A DNA stretch of 64,000 nucleotides from contig OZ242041.1 of NCBI GenBank assembly GCA_965205215.1, positions 1,248,001-1,312,000 on the forward strand, written 5' to 3'. The notes beneath the pieces were generated by a model. The model saw nothing but the letters and a program-made list of their open reading frames with translations. It was not told where the DNA came from and made no database searches. Of the stretch, positions 45,773 to 56,800 are shown piece after piece (positions within the stretch are counted from its first letter, which is position 1; the number at the start of each line of letters is the position of its first letter). The DNA is from Nitrosopumilus sp. Its GTDB lineage: Archaea > Thermoproteota > Nitrososphaeria > Nitrososphaerales > Nitrosopumilaceae. A program made the translations under genes and the position numbers.

Positions 45773-47017
45773 ATGGCCTCTGCTACCACTACAAAGCCCC
45801 ACGCTAGCCGTACTCCGACGGCATCCGCGTCCGCCGGGACGCGCGCGGCCAAAAAAAGGACCGCTGCTGCCACCGCGGCGTCACCACCATCATCTGGCAG
45901 GGCCGCGAGAGGCTCTGCTGCTGCAAAGGCGTCCGGGACCGCGCGGGCCGCTGCCAAAAGGACGCCTCCGGCAGGCGCCGCGAAGACTGCGCCCGCAAAA
46001 ACCCGGAAGGCGAGGGGGCGCGCGGCCGCGCCAAAGCGCACCCGAGTCGTGTGCCTCTCGCACAGGGAGGACCTGGACGGGATAAGCGCCGCCGCGCTGG
46101 TAAAGCAGGCCCACGGCGGGGAGACGGTCCTGACTGACTACCCGGGACAGATGAAGGCCCTTGAGGAGATTGCGGCCGAACCGTCCCTCAAAAAATTGTT
46201 CATATGCGATCTCGGACTCAGCAAGAAAAACCAGGACGAGTTTGTCGATATCGTCTCGTCGCTTCGAAAAAAGCGCGTGCCCGTCACGTACGTGGATCAC
46301 CACGCGATAGATGCCGGCACGGCGCGGCGCCTCTCGAACCTGGGCGTGCGCATGATACACAACACAAACGAATGCGCGTCGGTGCTCGTGTACGACTCGT
46401 TCAAGTCAAAGATGTCGGACCATGCGACGTTTGTCGCCTCGTGCGCCGCCATAACGGACTATATGGAGGACAGGCCCCTGGGCTCGCGGCTGCTGCAGAT
46501 GTACGACAGGCAGTTTGCCCTGATCAGCGCGACGGTAATGACGTACAACATCGTCGGGCACCAAAAGGACGGCGCATACCTGCAGTCGCTGGTCGACGCG
46601 CTGGCCGACTCGAAGTTTCCGCACGAGATCCCCGGCTCCTTTGAGTTTGCGCAGTCCCAGGTCGAGCGGCTCTCTGAGATGATTGCAAAGGTAAAGGCCG
46701 GCCTCAGAAGGACCAGGAACCTTGCGCACATGGAGATAACCGACGCGGGGGCCGGCGGCGCCGTGAACTTTGTGCTGGGCCTGTCCGGCAAGGACGTGGG
46801 CGTGGCATACAAGGCAAAGAAGAACGAGGACTTTTACTCCGTGTCCGTACGCGGCTCCAGGTCCTGCAGGGTGCACTTGGGCAAGATTGTAAACGTGTTG
46901 GCCGCCGAGCTGGGGGGTTCTGGAGGCGGCCACGACAAGGCATGCGGCGCCCTGATCCCGCTTGCAAGGATCAAAAAGTTCGTCTCGGAGCTTAACAAGC
47001 GGATCGCCGCCGCGTAA
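45773..47017 (+). CDS. DHH-family phosphoesterase (RecJ/NrnA-like) with Ala/Lys-rich N-terminal tail
   Basis: SHREDLDG, ICD, YVDHH, SVR, GGSGGGHDKACG. Confidence 0.88.
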   Translation: MASATTTKPHASRTPTASASAGTRAAKKRTAAATAASPPSSGRAARGSAAAKASGTARAAAKRTPPAGAAKTAPAKTRKARGRAAAPKRTRVVCLSHREDLDGISAAALVKQAHGGETVLTDYPGQMKALEEIAAEPSLKKLFICDLGLSKKNQDEFVDIVSSLRKKRVPVTYVDHHAIDAGTARRLSNLGVRMIHNTNECASVLVYDSFKSKMSDHATFVASCAAITDYMEDRPLGSRLLQMYDRQFALISATVMTYNIVGHQKDGAYLQSLVDALADSKFPHEIPGSFEFAQSQVERLSEMIAKVKAGLRRTRNLAHMEITDAGAGGAVNFVLGLSGKDVGVAYKAKKNEDFYSVSVRGSRSCRVHLGKIVNVLAAELGGSGGGHDKACGALIPLARIKKFVSELNKRIAAA

Positions 47018-47083
47018 TGCCCGCCTGTACGGGACGCCTCCGCGCGCCGTGACTCGCGCGCGACACTTGTCCCTGCTGCACTG

Positions 47084-47479
47084 TTATGCCGACCCTGCAG
47101 CGTCGTGTGCATCGTCAAGCTTTATTGCAAACGCAAAGAGCTCGCCCTTGCCGCCGGTGAGGGACCTTGCCAGGCGGGCCATCATTCCGTACTTTTTGTC
47201 CCGCGCCTTTACCGCCGCGTCAGTCTGCTCCCCGTCCAGTATGACGGCCCCGCCTGACGCCCACGGCCCCTTGACCCTGCCCCTTATGGTGCACGGCGCA
47301 ATCCTGACCCTGCAGTTGGCCCTGAGCCGCTTTGCCTTGCCCGTCTCGGATCTCGTGACCACGATCACCCGCCCATCCCTGACGTGAAACCAGACCGGCG
47401 TCCTCACCGGCGTGCCATCCCTCTTGTAGGTCTCTACCGTGATGTACTTTTGCCGCTCCATCATGGCTGCAACGTCCAT
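47084..47479 (-). CDS. PPOX-class F420-dependent oxidoreductase
   Basis: YITVETYKRDGTPVRTPVWF...GKAKRLR...APCTIRG. Confidence 0.88.
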   Translation of the reverse strand: MDVAAMMERQKYITVETYKRDGTPVRTPVWFHVRDGRVIVVTRSETGKAKRLRANCRVRIAPCTIRGRVKGPWASGGAVILDGEQTDAAVKARDKKYGMMARLARSLTGGKGELFAFAIKLDDAHDAAGSA

Positions 47480-47578
47480 GCTGCCTGAGTGTACACGCCG
47501 CACAATAAAAAGCAAGGCTGCACGGGTTCCGGAGCCGGATACGTCGGGCCGCACGCCTTGCGGCAGCCGCGTGCGCGG

Positions 47579-48055
47579 CTAGCCCTTCGCCTGTATTACG
47601 GCCCCTATCTCCGTCATGACGCCAAGCGGGAGGCTCGAGGCGCCAACTGCCATCCTGCTGTGGCTCCCCCTGTCGCCTCCGAATATCCCCACAAGCAGGT
47701 CGGATGCCGCGTTGATTACCTTGGGATGCTGTGTAAACTCCGGCGCGCTGTTGACAAAGCCTGTCAGCGACACTATTTTCTCGACCTTTTCGAGATCGTT
47801 CAGGTACGACTTTGCCTGCGCCAGTATGTTTATGGCGCATAGGCGTGCTGACTCTTGGGCCCTTGCGATGTTCGAGTCTGACACCTTTCCTGCGAACATT
47901 ATCTTGCCGTCCCTTTGCGGGATCTGTCCTGAGACGTAAAGCAGGTCGCCGGATCTCACAACCGGGACATACGAACCGGCCGGGGGCGCCGGGGCGCTCG
48001 GCAGCACGATTCCCATCTCGTTCATCCTCCCCTCTATCATGCTACGACGTGGCAT
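47579..48055 (-). CDS. RidA/YjgF family protein
   Basis: YVP...VSGQIP, INAAS, HSRMAVG..LPLG..EI. Confidence 0.9.
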   Translation of the reverse strand: MPRRSMIEGRMNEMGIVLPSAPAPPAGSYVPVVRSGDLLYVSGQIPQRDGKIMFAGKVSDSNIARAQESARLCAINILAQAKSYLNDLEKVEKIVSLTGFVNSAPEFTQHPKVINAASDLLVGIFGGDRGSHSRMAVGASSLPLGVMTEIGAVIQAKG

Positions 48056-48067
48056 GTCGGTCTGTTT

Positions 48068-49294
48068 TTAGTTTTTGTCTATACGTATGTGGAACCTTTC
48101 GCCCGTGTCGCCGTGCTTGGGGGGCGTATTGTTCTGCCTGACCGTCCTTATGGCATATCCGCGCCCGCGCAGGTATCCCTCGAGCATGGAGACCCAGGGA
48201 AGCGAACTGCTGCTGTTCTGGGGGGACTCTATCGTGACGTTTCGGCCCCTCGCATCCATGCAGGCGCTCCCCGAGCACATGATCTGCATTATGGCATCGA
48301 ACATGTCGAGCACCTCGCCGAGCGGCCTTTTGGAGTCTGGCGCTATTCCATCCCGTTCTAGCAGCCCGTATAGTCTTGCAGTATGGCCGCTGTTGTTGCC
48401 GTTGCCGTCATCCCCGTCGTCGTTCCTTGGATCTGCCCCGGCCATCTCCCCTAGCAGGTACTGCAGTCCGCCCGTACCCGTTGTGCTTATGATGCGGCAT
48501 ATCTGGCGCGCATCCTCCGGGGCCATGTCCGCAAGAACATCAACTGGCATGGACTCCGACCACATCTTCTCAAATATCGCCGTATGCGCCGAGCCGAGCG
48601 TAGGGGCCGACTCGAATACCGCCCCGCGCCCGTCGGCTCCGTCGAGAATCATCACGTCCGTCCCGTCAAATACGATGCAGCTTCCCGACACACCGTGAGA
48701 GGCCCTGGCCTCCACGCCGCGCGGCAGCGCCCTGTGCTGCTCGGAGCATACCTCGCCGTGCGGTATGACGCACCTGATCCTCACGTCCTTCTTCTGCGCA
48801 GCAAGCAGCTGGTCCCTGCATCCGGACAAGAGGCCCAGGCCCCCGTCGTCGGCAGTTATTGTGATGGACGCCTCTGCGCTGATCGTCATCTCCTGGAGCT
48901 TTGGAAGCACGCTGCCCGTCCCTATCTGCATGTAGCGCTTCTCCTCCGAGTCACCTGCCCTCCTGTTCATCTCGCTTATGTTCTTGAGGTCCGCCACGAG
49001 CGCGTTCATTGCGGTCACCTTCTGGATCTGCTCGTGTATGATGCCATCAAAGGCGTCCTCCGGCCGGACCGCCGTGCACACCATCGCGGACTTTGTGTTG
49101 GAGGTTATGGCAAGGTTCTTGCTTGCAAGCTTTTTCATTGTGGAGTATATCTTGGCCCTCGGGATCTCCGAGTAGAACGCCAAGTCGCCTGCCGACATTG
49201 TCCCCTTTGTTATCAGGGCGACGTACGCGCGCGCCTCGTACCTGCTGAGGCCCAGCTCCTCTAGGCTGACTGTAAGCGCGCTCTCACCCTCCAT
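48068..49294 (-). CDS. TrmB-family transcriptional regulator
   Basis: LGLSRYEARAY..L...IPRAKIY winged HTH. Confidence 0.88.
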   Translation of the reverse strand: MEGESALTVSLEELGLSRYEARAYVALITKGTMSAGDLAFYSEIPRAKIYSTMKKLASKNLAITSNTKSAMVCTAVRPEDAFDGIIHEQIQKVTAMNALVADLKNISEMNRRAGDSEEKRYMQIGTGSVLPKLQEMTISAEASITITADDGGLGLLSGCRDQLLAAQKKDVRIRCVIPHGEVCSEQHRALPRGVEARASHGVSGSCIVFDGTDVMILDGADGRGAVFESAPTLGSAHTAIFEKMWSESMPVDVLADMAPEDARQICRIISTTGTGGLQYLLGEMAGADPRNDDGDDGNGNNSGHTARLYGLLERDGIAPDSKRPLGEVLDMFDAIMQIMCSGSACMDARGRNVTIESPQNSSSSLPWVSMLEGYLRGRGYAIRTVRQNNTPPKHGDTGERFHIRIDKN

Positions 49295-49447
49295 ACATGT
49301 GTGTCGCAGCACCCATAACTAAGCTGCAAAGTTAAATTCGTTTGAACAACTGATAAAAAATTTCCTAGTAACTGCGCCCGTGCGTGACCGCGGTCACTCC
49401 GTGCGGAAGCACAACCCGCTCAAATACGCGCCGCGCAACATGCATGC

Positions 49448-50113
49448 ATGCTGGCATCGGACTTGCAGGTGGGCATGAAGGGGCACGCGGCCGCCGGGAG
49501 CGCCGTGCGCGGCGTCACCGCGGGGCGTGCGGGGCACGGCGCGGGCTCCCTGCACTGGACGAACCCCGCCACGGTCGGCGCTGCCATCACTGCCTCTGGC
49601 ATACTTACGAGGCTAGAACTTGCCACGGCCGCGCTTGACTCCGCGATTGCGTCCATGAGGGGGCAGGTGCGCGACGTGCGCGCACGCAACAGGAGGCTGG
49701 CCCCTAGGTACGACCCCTGCAACGAGGTGCACGCCAAGTCGATGGGACTGGAGCACGCGATGTCCGTCATGCTTGAGGCGCTGGACCGCGCCCGCCAGAG
49801 GATGGTGACGCCTGCCACGGCGCGCCAGATGCCACGCGCGCTGCTGCCTGCGCTGTATGTGGTGCGCACCGCACACATGCAGCTGGCCCAGGACGCGGCA
49901 CCCGAGTGCCAGAGAAGCCTGCACAACGCGTCTGCACATCTGGGCGGCATCATTCTGGACGCGGCCACCATATCTGGCTCCAACCTGAGCCTTGACCGGT
50001 CCAACGCGGAGGTCTCGGCAATATTTGATCAAGCAAAATTGATCGTCGACTCTAAATTAAGAAAGCAGTATGATAAACTAGAGATACCGGGAGCATGCAG
50101 ACGATGCTGCTAG
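49448..50113 (+). CDS. Divergent ESCRT-III/CdvB-like helical protein
   Basis: All-helical pattern ending in AIFDQAKLIVDSKL. Lies two genes upstream of cdvC, where a CdvB paralogue sits in Nitrosopumilus (recalled synteny). Confidence 0.55.
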   Translation: MLASDLQVGMKGHAAAGSAVRGVTAGRAGHGAGSLHWTNPATVGAAITASGILTRLELATAALDSAIASMRGQVRDVRARNRRLAPRYDPCNEVHAKSMGLEHAMSVMLEALDRARQRMVTPATARQMPRALLPALYVVRTAHMQLAQDAAPECQRSLHNASAHLGGIILDAATISGSNLSLDRSNAEVSAIFDQAKLIVDSKLRKQYDKLEIPGACRRCC

Positions 50114-50838
50114 GCAAGATACGGCGCCCGGCGACAAACAGACAGGGGTTTGACGCGGCCGCCTCCCTGATTGGCCAGGAGAAGGCGCGACGTGCGGCCG
50201 GTGACGACACGGCCGGCGCCTCCATAAAGAGCGCCGCCTGCAGTTGTGGCGATGACAGTAAAAATAATTGCAACGATGCCGCCCGCGCCGCAGCTCCTCA
50301 GTCGGCCGGGACAGAGGAGCCGTGCATCGACTTCATATCGGCCGATGACATGCGGCGCCTTGATGATGGCGAGCTGGTGGACCTGGGCAGACTCGTCTGG
50401 ATTGCCGAGTATATCTCGACAAAGCATGCCGAGAAGGGAGCCCTTGGGGACGTGACAGGCCAGCTTATGTCCATAATACGCAACTCTGCAGAGTCCCTCG
50501 ACGTCATAGAGGACGACGTGCAGGAGATGCTGATCTCGGCGCAGGCGTCATTTGAACGCATAAGGGAGATGCACACGCGCATGTGCGGAGACGGATCCGA
50601 TTCTCTAGGTGGCGGGATCAGATCCGAACCTGGGACGGACTCCTATGCCGAGGCGGGGCCGGTGGCGACCGTGGCATCTGCCGCAGGATCCGCCAAGGAG
50701 GCAGTAGCCGATACTGCTGTTCGCTCCGTTGCCACCACCGCCGCCGCCGAAGAGGAGCCGGCAAAAGAGGCCGCATCGTGTGGCAGCCTGGGATGTAGCG
50801 CGATGCCGAACCTGGCCGACATCGAGATCAAGAACTAG
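50095..50838 (+). CDS. Hypothetical protein in the cdv cluster
   Basis: Acidic coiled-coil core (ESLDVIEDDVQEMLISAQASFERI); co-oriented between the CdvB-like gene and cdvC. Confidence 0.65.
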   Translation: MQTMLLGKIRRPATNRQGFDAAASLIGQEKARRAAGDDTAGASIKSAACSCGDDSKNNCNDAARAAAPQSAGTEEPCIDFISADDMRRLDDGELVDLGRLVWIAEYISTKHAEKGALGDVTGQLMSIIRNSAESLDVIEDDVQEMLISAQASFERIREMHTRMCGDGSDSLGGGIRSEPGTDSYAEAGPVATVASAAGSAKEAVADTAVRSVATTAAAEEEPAKEAASCGSLGCSAMPNLADIEIKN

Positions 50839-51086
50839 CAGACAGCCTGCGGCCTTGCACACGCCTAGTTGACTTGCACGCCTGTGGTTACATCTACCCT
50901 CTGGCCGCGGTGCTTCCCCCTATCCACGGGACTCTACGCGTATGTTGACGCCTTTTTCCCGCACGCGCGTGGCAAAAACCCCCCGAATCGGGGGCCGTCC
51001 GTACATGAATGGTGCAAAAAATTTGACATCTAGGTATGCGTTAGTTCACATTGCCTTATACTAATTGTACCGGGCATCACACAAAC

Positions 51087-52343
51087 ATGAGCCAGACTCC
51101 AAGCGATCCCGAGGTGCTGCGGCCGCCGATGGGGCCCTCCGACGACCCGTCCATGAGCGCGCCCCAGCAGCTGGAGCGCACCGCAAGCATGTGCGCAAAC
51201 GAGGCCATAAAGTGCGACTCGCAGGGGGCGCGGGGCATGGCGATTACGTACTACCAGCAGGCGATAGACGCGCTGGTGAAACTCATCAACCTGTACCCCT
51301 CAAGCAAGCTCAACCCGCTGTACAAGGACAAGTGCAACTCGTACCATGAGAGGATAACCGTACTGCAGCAGGCCCACGGGGTGGAGCCGGCAGTTGACCC
51401 GTCTGCCACGCCCGAGGAGCAGAAAAAGTCGATACAGCGCCAGGAGGACGAGAACGACTTTGAGGATCTCATAATGCGGGACAAGCCCGACGTGACATGG
51501 GACCAGGTGGTGGGGCTAGAGGAGGCAAAGAGCTCGCTGCGCGAGTCGATCGTGTACCCCACAAAGCGCCCCGATCTGTTTCCGCTTGGATGGCCAAAGG
51601 GCATGCTCCTGTACGGCCCGCCCGGGACGGGCAAGACAATGCTGGCCGCGGCCACCGCAAACGAGATGGACGGCTACTTTATCAGCGCCGACGCCTCCTC
51701 GCTGATGAGCAAGTGGCTTGGCGAGGCCGAAAAGAACGTCTCGAAGCTGTTCGACATGGCGCGCCACTACGCGGAGAAGGAGTCCAAGCCGGTGATCCTG
51801 TTCCTGGACGAGGTGGACTCCCTGCTCGGCTCGAGGCAGAACGAGATAGGGGGCGAGTCGCGCTCCAGAAACCAGTTTCTCACCGAGATGGACGGCATCA
51901 ACACGAAGGGCAAGGAGCTCATGCTGTATGTCATAGGCGCCACCAACAAGCCGTGGACGCTTGACTGGCCGTTCCTGCGGAGGTTCCAGAAGAGGATATA
52001 CGTGTCGCTTCCCACCCAGGACGCGCGGCAAAACCTGTTTGAGCAGTACACCGCAAAGCTGAAGACCGACTACCGGCTCAACAGCGCGGGGCTGGCAAAG
52101 CTGTTTGACGGGTACAGCGCAAGCGACATCAAGGACATATGCCAGGCCGCGCAGATCATGACGGTCCATGAGATATTCGAGTCGCCGGACTACAAGGAGC
52201 CCGTGGAGGGAGACGAGCCCCCGCAGCCGAGGGACCTGACGATGTCCGACTTTAGAAAGATAATGGAGCGCCGCAAGCCGAGCGTCTCGCCGGACATGAT
52301 CCGCTCGTACCACCAGTGGAGCACCGAGTACCAGGCGCTCTGA
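51087..52343 (+). CDS. cdvC: Vps4/CdvC AAA ATPase (MIT + AAA)
   Basis: MIT-like N-terminus (AITYYQQAIDAL), GPPGTGKT, SKWLGE, DEVD, ATNKPW, RRFQKRIY, SASDI. Confidence 0.92.
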   Translation: MSQTPSDPEVLRPPMGPSDDPSMSAPQQLERTASMCANEAIKCDSQGARGMAITYYQQAIDALVKLINLYPSSKLNPLYKDKCNSYHERITVLQQAHGVEPAVDPSATPEEQKKSIQRQEDENDFEDLIMRDKPDVTWDQVVGLEEAKSSLRESIVYPTKRPDLFPLGWPKGMLLYGPPGTGKTMLAAATANEMDGYFISADASSLMSKWLGEAEKNVSKLFDMARHYAEKESKPVILFLDEVDSLLGSRQNEIGGESRSRNQFLTEMDGINTKGKELMLYVIGATNKPWTLDWPFLRRFQKRIYVSLPTQDARQNLFEQYTAKLKTDYRLNSAGLAKLFDGYSASDIKDICQAAQIMTVHEIFESPDYKEPVEGDEPPQPRDLTMSDFRKIMERRKPSVSPDMIRSYHQWSTEYQAL

Positions 52344-52485
52344 TGACGCACTGACGGCGCCCCCCCTACCTGCAGGCGTCGGGCCTGCATGGAGCCCCAA
52401 TCCGCCACGCTGCTGGCGGCACGCTGCCCGTCCCATGGCGCAGGGCGGCTGCGATCCGTTTCATAAAATTTAAATTTAAACCGCC

Positions 52486-53862
52486 TTGACTCCACGAGGG
52501 TTAAAAATAACCATAAAGGAATCTAGTCACGCAGGAAAGCACGCAAAGCTGATCCTTGATGACGGAACCGTCCTTGAGGGGGATGGCTTTGGGAGTTCTA
52601 CCACCGTATTTGGGGAGATCGTGTTCAATACTGGAATGGTCGGGTATACGGAGGCCCTGACCGACCCGTCGTACAACGGGCAGATACTCACGCTGACCTA
52701 TCCGCTTGTGGGGAACTACGGGGTGCCTGACCCGTCCGCACTCGACGCGGACGGCATACCGAGGTTCTTCGAGTCGGACCGCATACAGGCCCGCGGGCTC
52801 GTAGTGCATGAGCTCTCTCTTGTCGCGAGCCATTGGAACATGCACATGACCCTTGACGAATGGATGCACGGACAGGGCATCCCGGGAATATCCGGTCTGG
52901 ACACGAGGGCCCTTACAAAGGGGCTCCGGACGGGCGGCGTGATGATGGCGGCCCTTGCAGTGTCCGATTCTGAGATTGACGCGGACCTGGTAAGGGCCAG
53001 ACTTGCAGAGTCGCCCCGGTATACGTCAGAGCAGTTCATGGACGCAGTGTCGACCAAGTCCCCGCGCTCGTACGGGTGCGGCGCGCAGCGCGCGGCCGGG
53101 GGGGGCAACGGCGACGGAGGCGGGGAGAGAAAAAGGCCGATCGTGGTGATCGACACGGGCGCAAAGCATGCGATACTGCGCAACGTACGCTCTCTTGGAT
53201 ACGGCGCCATACTGGTGCCGTGGAACACCCCGTACGAGGACGTGATGTCGTACGACCCGGCAGGCGTCGTCATCAGCAGCGGGCCCGGAGATCCGGAGAA
53301 ATGCAAGGAGACCGTACAGACTGCCGCGCGCCTGATAAAAGACGACGTTCCGACCCTGGGCATATGCCTGGGCGCGCAGATACTGGGCCTTGCGGGAAGC
53401 GCCCGCACGTACAAGCTAAAGTACGGACACAGGGGCCAGAACAAACCCTGCACCAACCTTGAGACCGGGCAGACGTACGTGACGAGCCAGAACCACGGGT
53501 ACGGGATATCCCCCGACTCGTTGCAGGACTCTGAGTTTGACCTGTGGTTCTCAAACGCCGACGACGACACGGTGGAGGGCATTAAACACAAGTCGAGCCG
53601 GTGCATCGCAGTGCAGTTCCACCCGGAGGCGTCGCCGGGTCCATACGACTGCCGGTTCGTGTTTGAGAACCTGAGGGACCTCATAGAGGGGGGGCCGGGC
53701 GAGGCGGCCGGCGGGAGCGCGCAGGATGGCAGTAATGGTAGCGACCACGGCAACGATAACGGCGGCAGCAGCGGCAGCCACGACGGCAGCAGCAGCAACA
53801 CCCAAAAAACATCACGCTTGCAGGATGCAGAGGAGGTGATAACAGCAACTGCCAAAGAATGA
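52486..53862 (+). CDS. carA: Carbamoyl-phosphate synthase small subunit
   Basis: GEIVFNTGMVGY, TDPSY, GPGDP, GICLG, HRGQN, QNHGY, QFHPEASPGP. Confidence 0.96.
   Translation: MTPRGLKITIKESSHAGKHAKLILDDGTVLEGDGFGSSTTVFGEIVFNTGMVGYTEALTDPSYNGQILTLTYPLVGNYGVPDPSALDADGIPRFFESDRIQARGLVVHELSLVASHWNMHMTLDEWMHGQGIPGISGLDTRALTKGLRTGGVMMAALAVSDSEIDADLVRARLAESPRYTSEQFMDAVSTKSPRSYGCGAQRAAGGGNGDGGGERKRPIVVIDTGAKHAILRNVRSLGYGAILVPWNTPYEDVMSYDPAGVVISSGPGDPEKCKETVQTAARLIKDDVPTLGICLGAQILGLAGSARTYKLKYGHRGQNKPCTNLETGQTYVTSQNHGYGISPDSLQDSEFDLWFSNADDDTVEGIKHKSSRCIAVQFHPEASPGPYDCRFVFENLRDLIEGGPGEAAGGSAQDGSNGSDHGNDNGGSSGSHDGSSSNTQKTSRLQDAEEVITATAKE
53831..53840 (+). promoter_or_regulatory. Shine-Dalgarno sequence for carB
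   Basis: AGGAGGTGAT, 8 nt upstream of CTG 53849. Confidence 0.7.
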
Positions 53863-56800
53863 GACGCTCAAGAAGATACTCGTGCTTGGAAGCGGGGCCA
53901 TCAAGATCGGAGAGGCCGGCGAAAGCCGCTGAAACGGCCGCCATTTCGACTACTCCGGCAGCCAGTGCCTCAAGGCCATACACGAGGACGGACTGGACAG
54001 CGTGCTGATAAACCCGAACATTGCGACGATCCAGACTGACACGCGGTTCGCAGACAAGGTATACCTGCTGCCCGTCACTCCGGACTACGTATCCTCCATA
54101 ATAGAGACCGAGCGGCCTGACGGGATAATGCTCGCGTACGGGGGGCAGACCGCGCTCAACTGCGGCGTCAAGCTTGACGAGTCCGGCGTGCTTGCCAAAT
54201 ACGGCGTACGCGTGCTCGGCACTCCGGTATCGGGCATCAAGAATACCGAGGACAGGCAGCTCTTCAAGGACGCCATGGGCGGGGCGGGGGTGCCCGTGCT
54301 GAGGAGCAAGACCGTGACAAACTTTGCAGACGCAAAGACCGTGGCAGAGGAGCTCTCGTACCCCGTGATAGTCAGGGTGGCGTACACGCTTGGCGGGCGC
54401 GGCGGGGGCGTCGCGTACAACGAGATCGAGCTGCACGAGATTGTGGAGCGCGGCATAAAGGCGAGCCTGGTGGGGCAGGTGCTGATAGAGGAGTACGTGG
54501 GCGAGTGGAAGCAGATCGAGTATGAGGTCATGCAGGACTATTCGGGTAACAGCGTAATCGTGTGCAACATGGAGAACGTCCTGTCCATGAAGGCGCATAC
54601 GGGCGACAACATCGTGGTGGCGCCGTCCCAGACCATAGACAACGCCGAGTACCACATGCTGCGCTCGGCCGCCCTGCGGGCCACCGCGTACGTGGGGATT
54701 GTGGGCGAGTGCAACATACAGTACGCGCTGGCGCCGGACTCTGACCGGTACGTGGCAATTGAGATAAACCCGCGGCTCTCGAGATCCTCGGCGCTTGCAA
54801 GCAAGGCGACCGGATATCCGCTTGCGTACATGTCTGCCAAGATAGGGCTTGGGTACAAGCTGTCCGAGCTTGTCAACCGCATTACGAAAAGCACCACGGC
54901 CTGCTTTGAGCCGTCCCTTGACTACGTGGTCTGCAAGCATCCCCGGTGGGACTTTGCAAAGTTTGAGATGGCCAACAGGCGCCTCGGCCCCACCATGAAG
55001 TCCGTCGGCGAGGTGATGGCGGTGGGCCGCACGTTTGAGGAGTCGCTGCAAAAGGCAATACGCATGCTTGACATTGGGAACGACGGGCTGGTGCTGAACC
55101 GCGTTGACTATACAATATATGGCCACAATGAGGGTGGCGACGGCCGCACCCCCGACGTCGAGGAGATAGAGGAGCGCCTCTCGCACCATGACGACCGCAT
55201 ACTGTACAACGTGGCGGCCGCAATCAAAATGGGGATAAGCACCGAGCGGATATACAAGCTGTCCGCGATCGACCCGTGGTTCATAGAAAAGATACGGCAC
55301 GTGGTGCAGGTTGCCGACAGGCTCGTCTCAAGTGACGGCAAAGGCGGCAGAACCGGAGCAGGCGGCGACAGCAGCGGCAGCGACAGCAGCGGCGACAACA
55401 ACAACGGTGGTAGCAGCAGCAGCAGCAAGGTGCCCTCACGCCTCATGTGGGAGGCCAAAAAGGCTGGATTCTCCGACGCGCAGATAGCGCGTGCGCGCCA
55501 GACGTCCCCGGACGCCGTCCGAGAATGGCGCAAGTCGATGGGCGTCACTCCGTCTGTAAAGCAGATAGACACGCTAGCGGCCGAATGGCCCGCCGTGACA
55601 AACTACCTGTACGTGACGTACGGGGGCGGCCACGACGACGTACGCCTGTCCGGCCCCGACGACCGCGGAATCGTGGTGGTGGGGGCGGGGCCCTACCGCA
55701 TAGGAAGCAGCGTGGAGTTTGACTGGGGGACAGTAAACATGGTGTGGGGGCTGCAGGAGAACGGCGAGAAGAACGTAGTCGTAGTCAACTGCAACCCCGA
55801 GACGGTCTCTACCGACTATGACATCTGCTCCCGCCTCTACTTTGAGGAGCTTACGCAGGAGAGGCTGCTTGACATATCCGACTTTGAGAGGCCAAAGGGG
55901 GTCATAACGTGCGTCGGGGGGCAGACTGCAAACAATCTTACGCTGGGCGCGGCGCGCCGCGGCGTCCACATCATGGGGACTGCCGCCTCCGACGTCGACA
56001 GGGCCGAGGACCGCTCCAAGTTCAGCGCCGAGCTTGACAAGCTGCGCATACGGCAGCCGGAATGGCAGGCGTTTGCCAGCATGGCAGACGCGCGCGCCTT
56101 TGCGGCTTCGGTCGGCTACCCGGTTATAGTGAGGCCCTCGTACGTGCTGTCCGGCGCCGCGATGAAGGTGGTGTGGTCCCGGGACGAGCTCAGCACGTAT
56201 GTCAGGGAGGCGGCCGACGTCTCGCCCGACCACCCGGTCGTGATATCAAAGTTCATGCTCAACTCGCTGGAGGTCGACGTGGACGGCGTGGCCGACGGCA
56301 AGGACGTGGTGATAGGGGCGATCGTGGAGCATATAGACAGCGCCGGCGTGCACTCGGGGGACGCCATGATGTGCATCCCGCCATGGCGCCTGAGCAACAA
56401 CACCATAGACACCATCACCGAGTACACCAAGAAGATCGCCCTGACCTTTGGCGTGAGGGGCCCGTTCAACCTGCAGTTTCTGGTGAGCGACGGGCAGGTG
56501 TACGTGATAGAGCTGAACATAAGGGCCTCCCGGTCCATGCCGTTTGTCTCAAAGTTCGTGCGCTCAAACCTCATCGCGCTTGCGGCACGGGCGATTCTCG
56601 GCAAGCCCCTGAGCCCCATACCCGAGGAGAAGTGGCGCCGCACCGCCACGTACGGGATAAAGGTGCCGCAGTTCTCCTTTATGCAGCTTGACGGGGCCGA
56701 CATTGCGCTGGGAGTCGAGATGCAGTCGACAGGCGAGGCCGCCTGCTTTGGAAACAGCTTTTATGACGCACTCTCAAAGGGACTCACCTCCGTGGGCTAC

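Noticed and set aside
53930-53932. Selenocysteine or read-through at the carB TGA
   Set aside because: The TGA lies in a 7-codon insertion within a highly conserved motif rather than replacing a Cys. Precise excision explains the sequence better.
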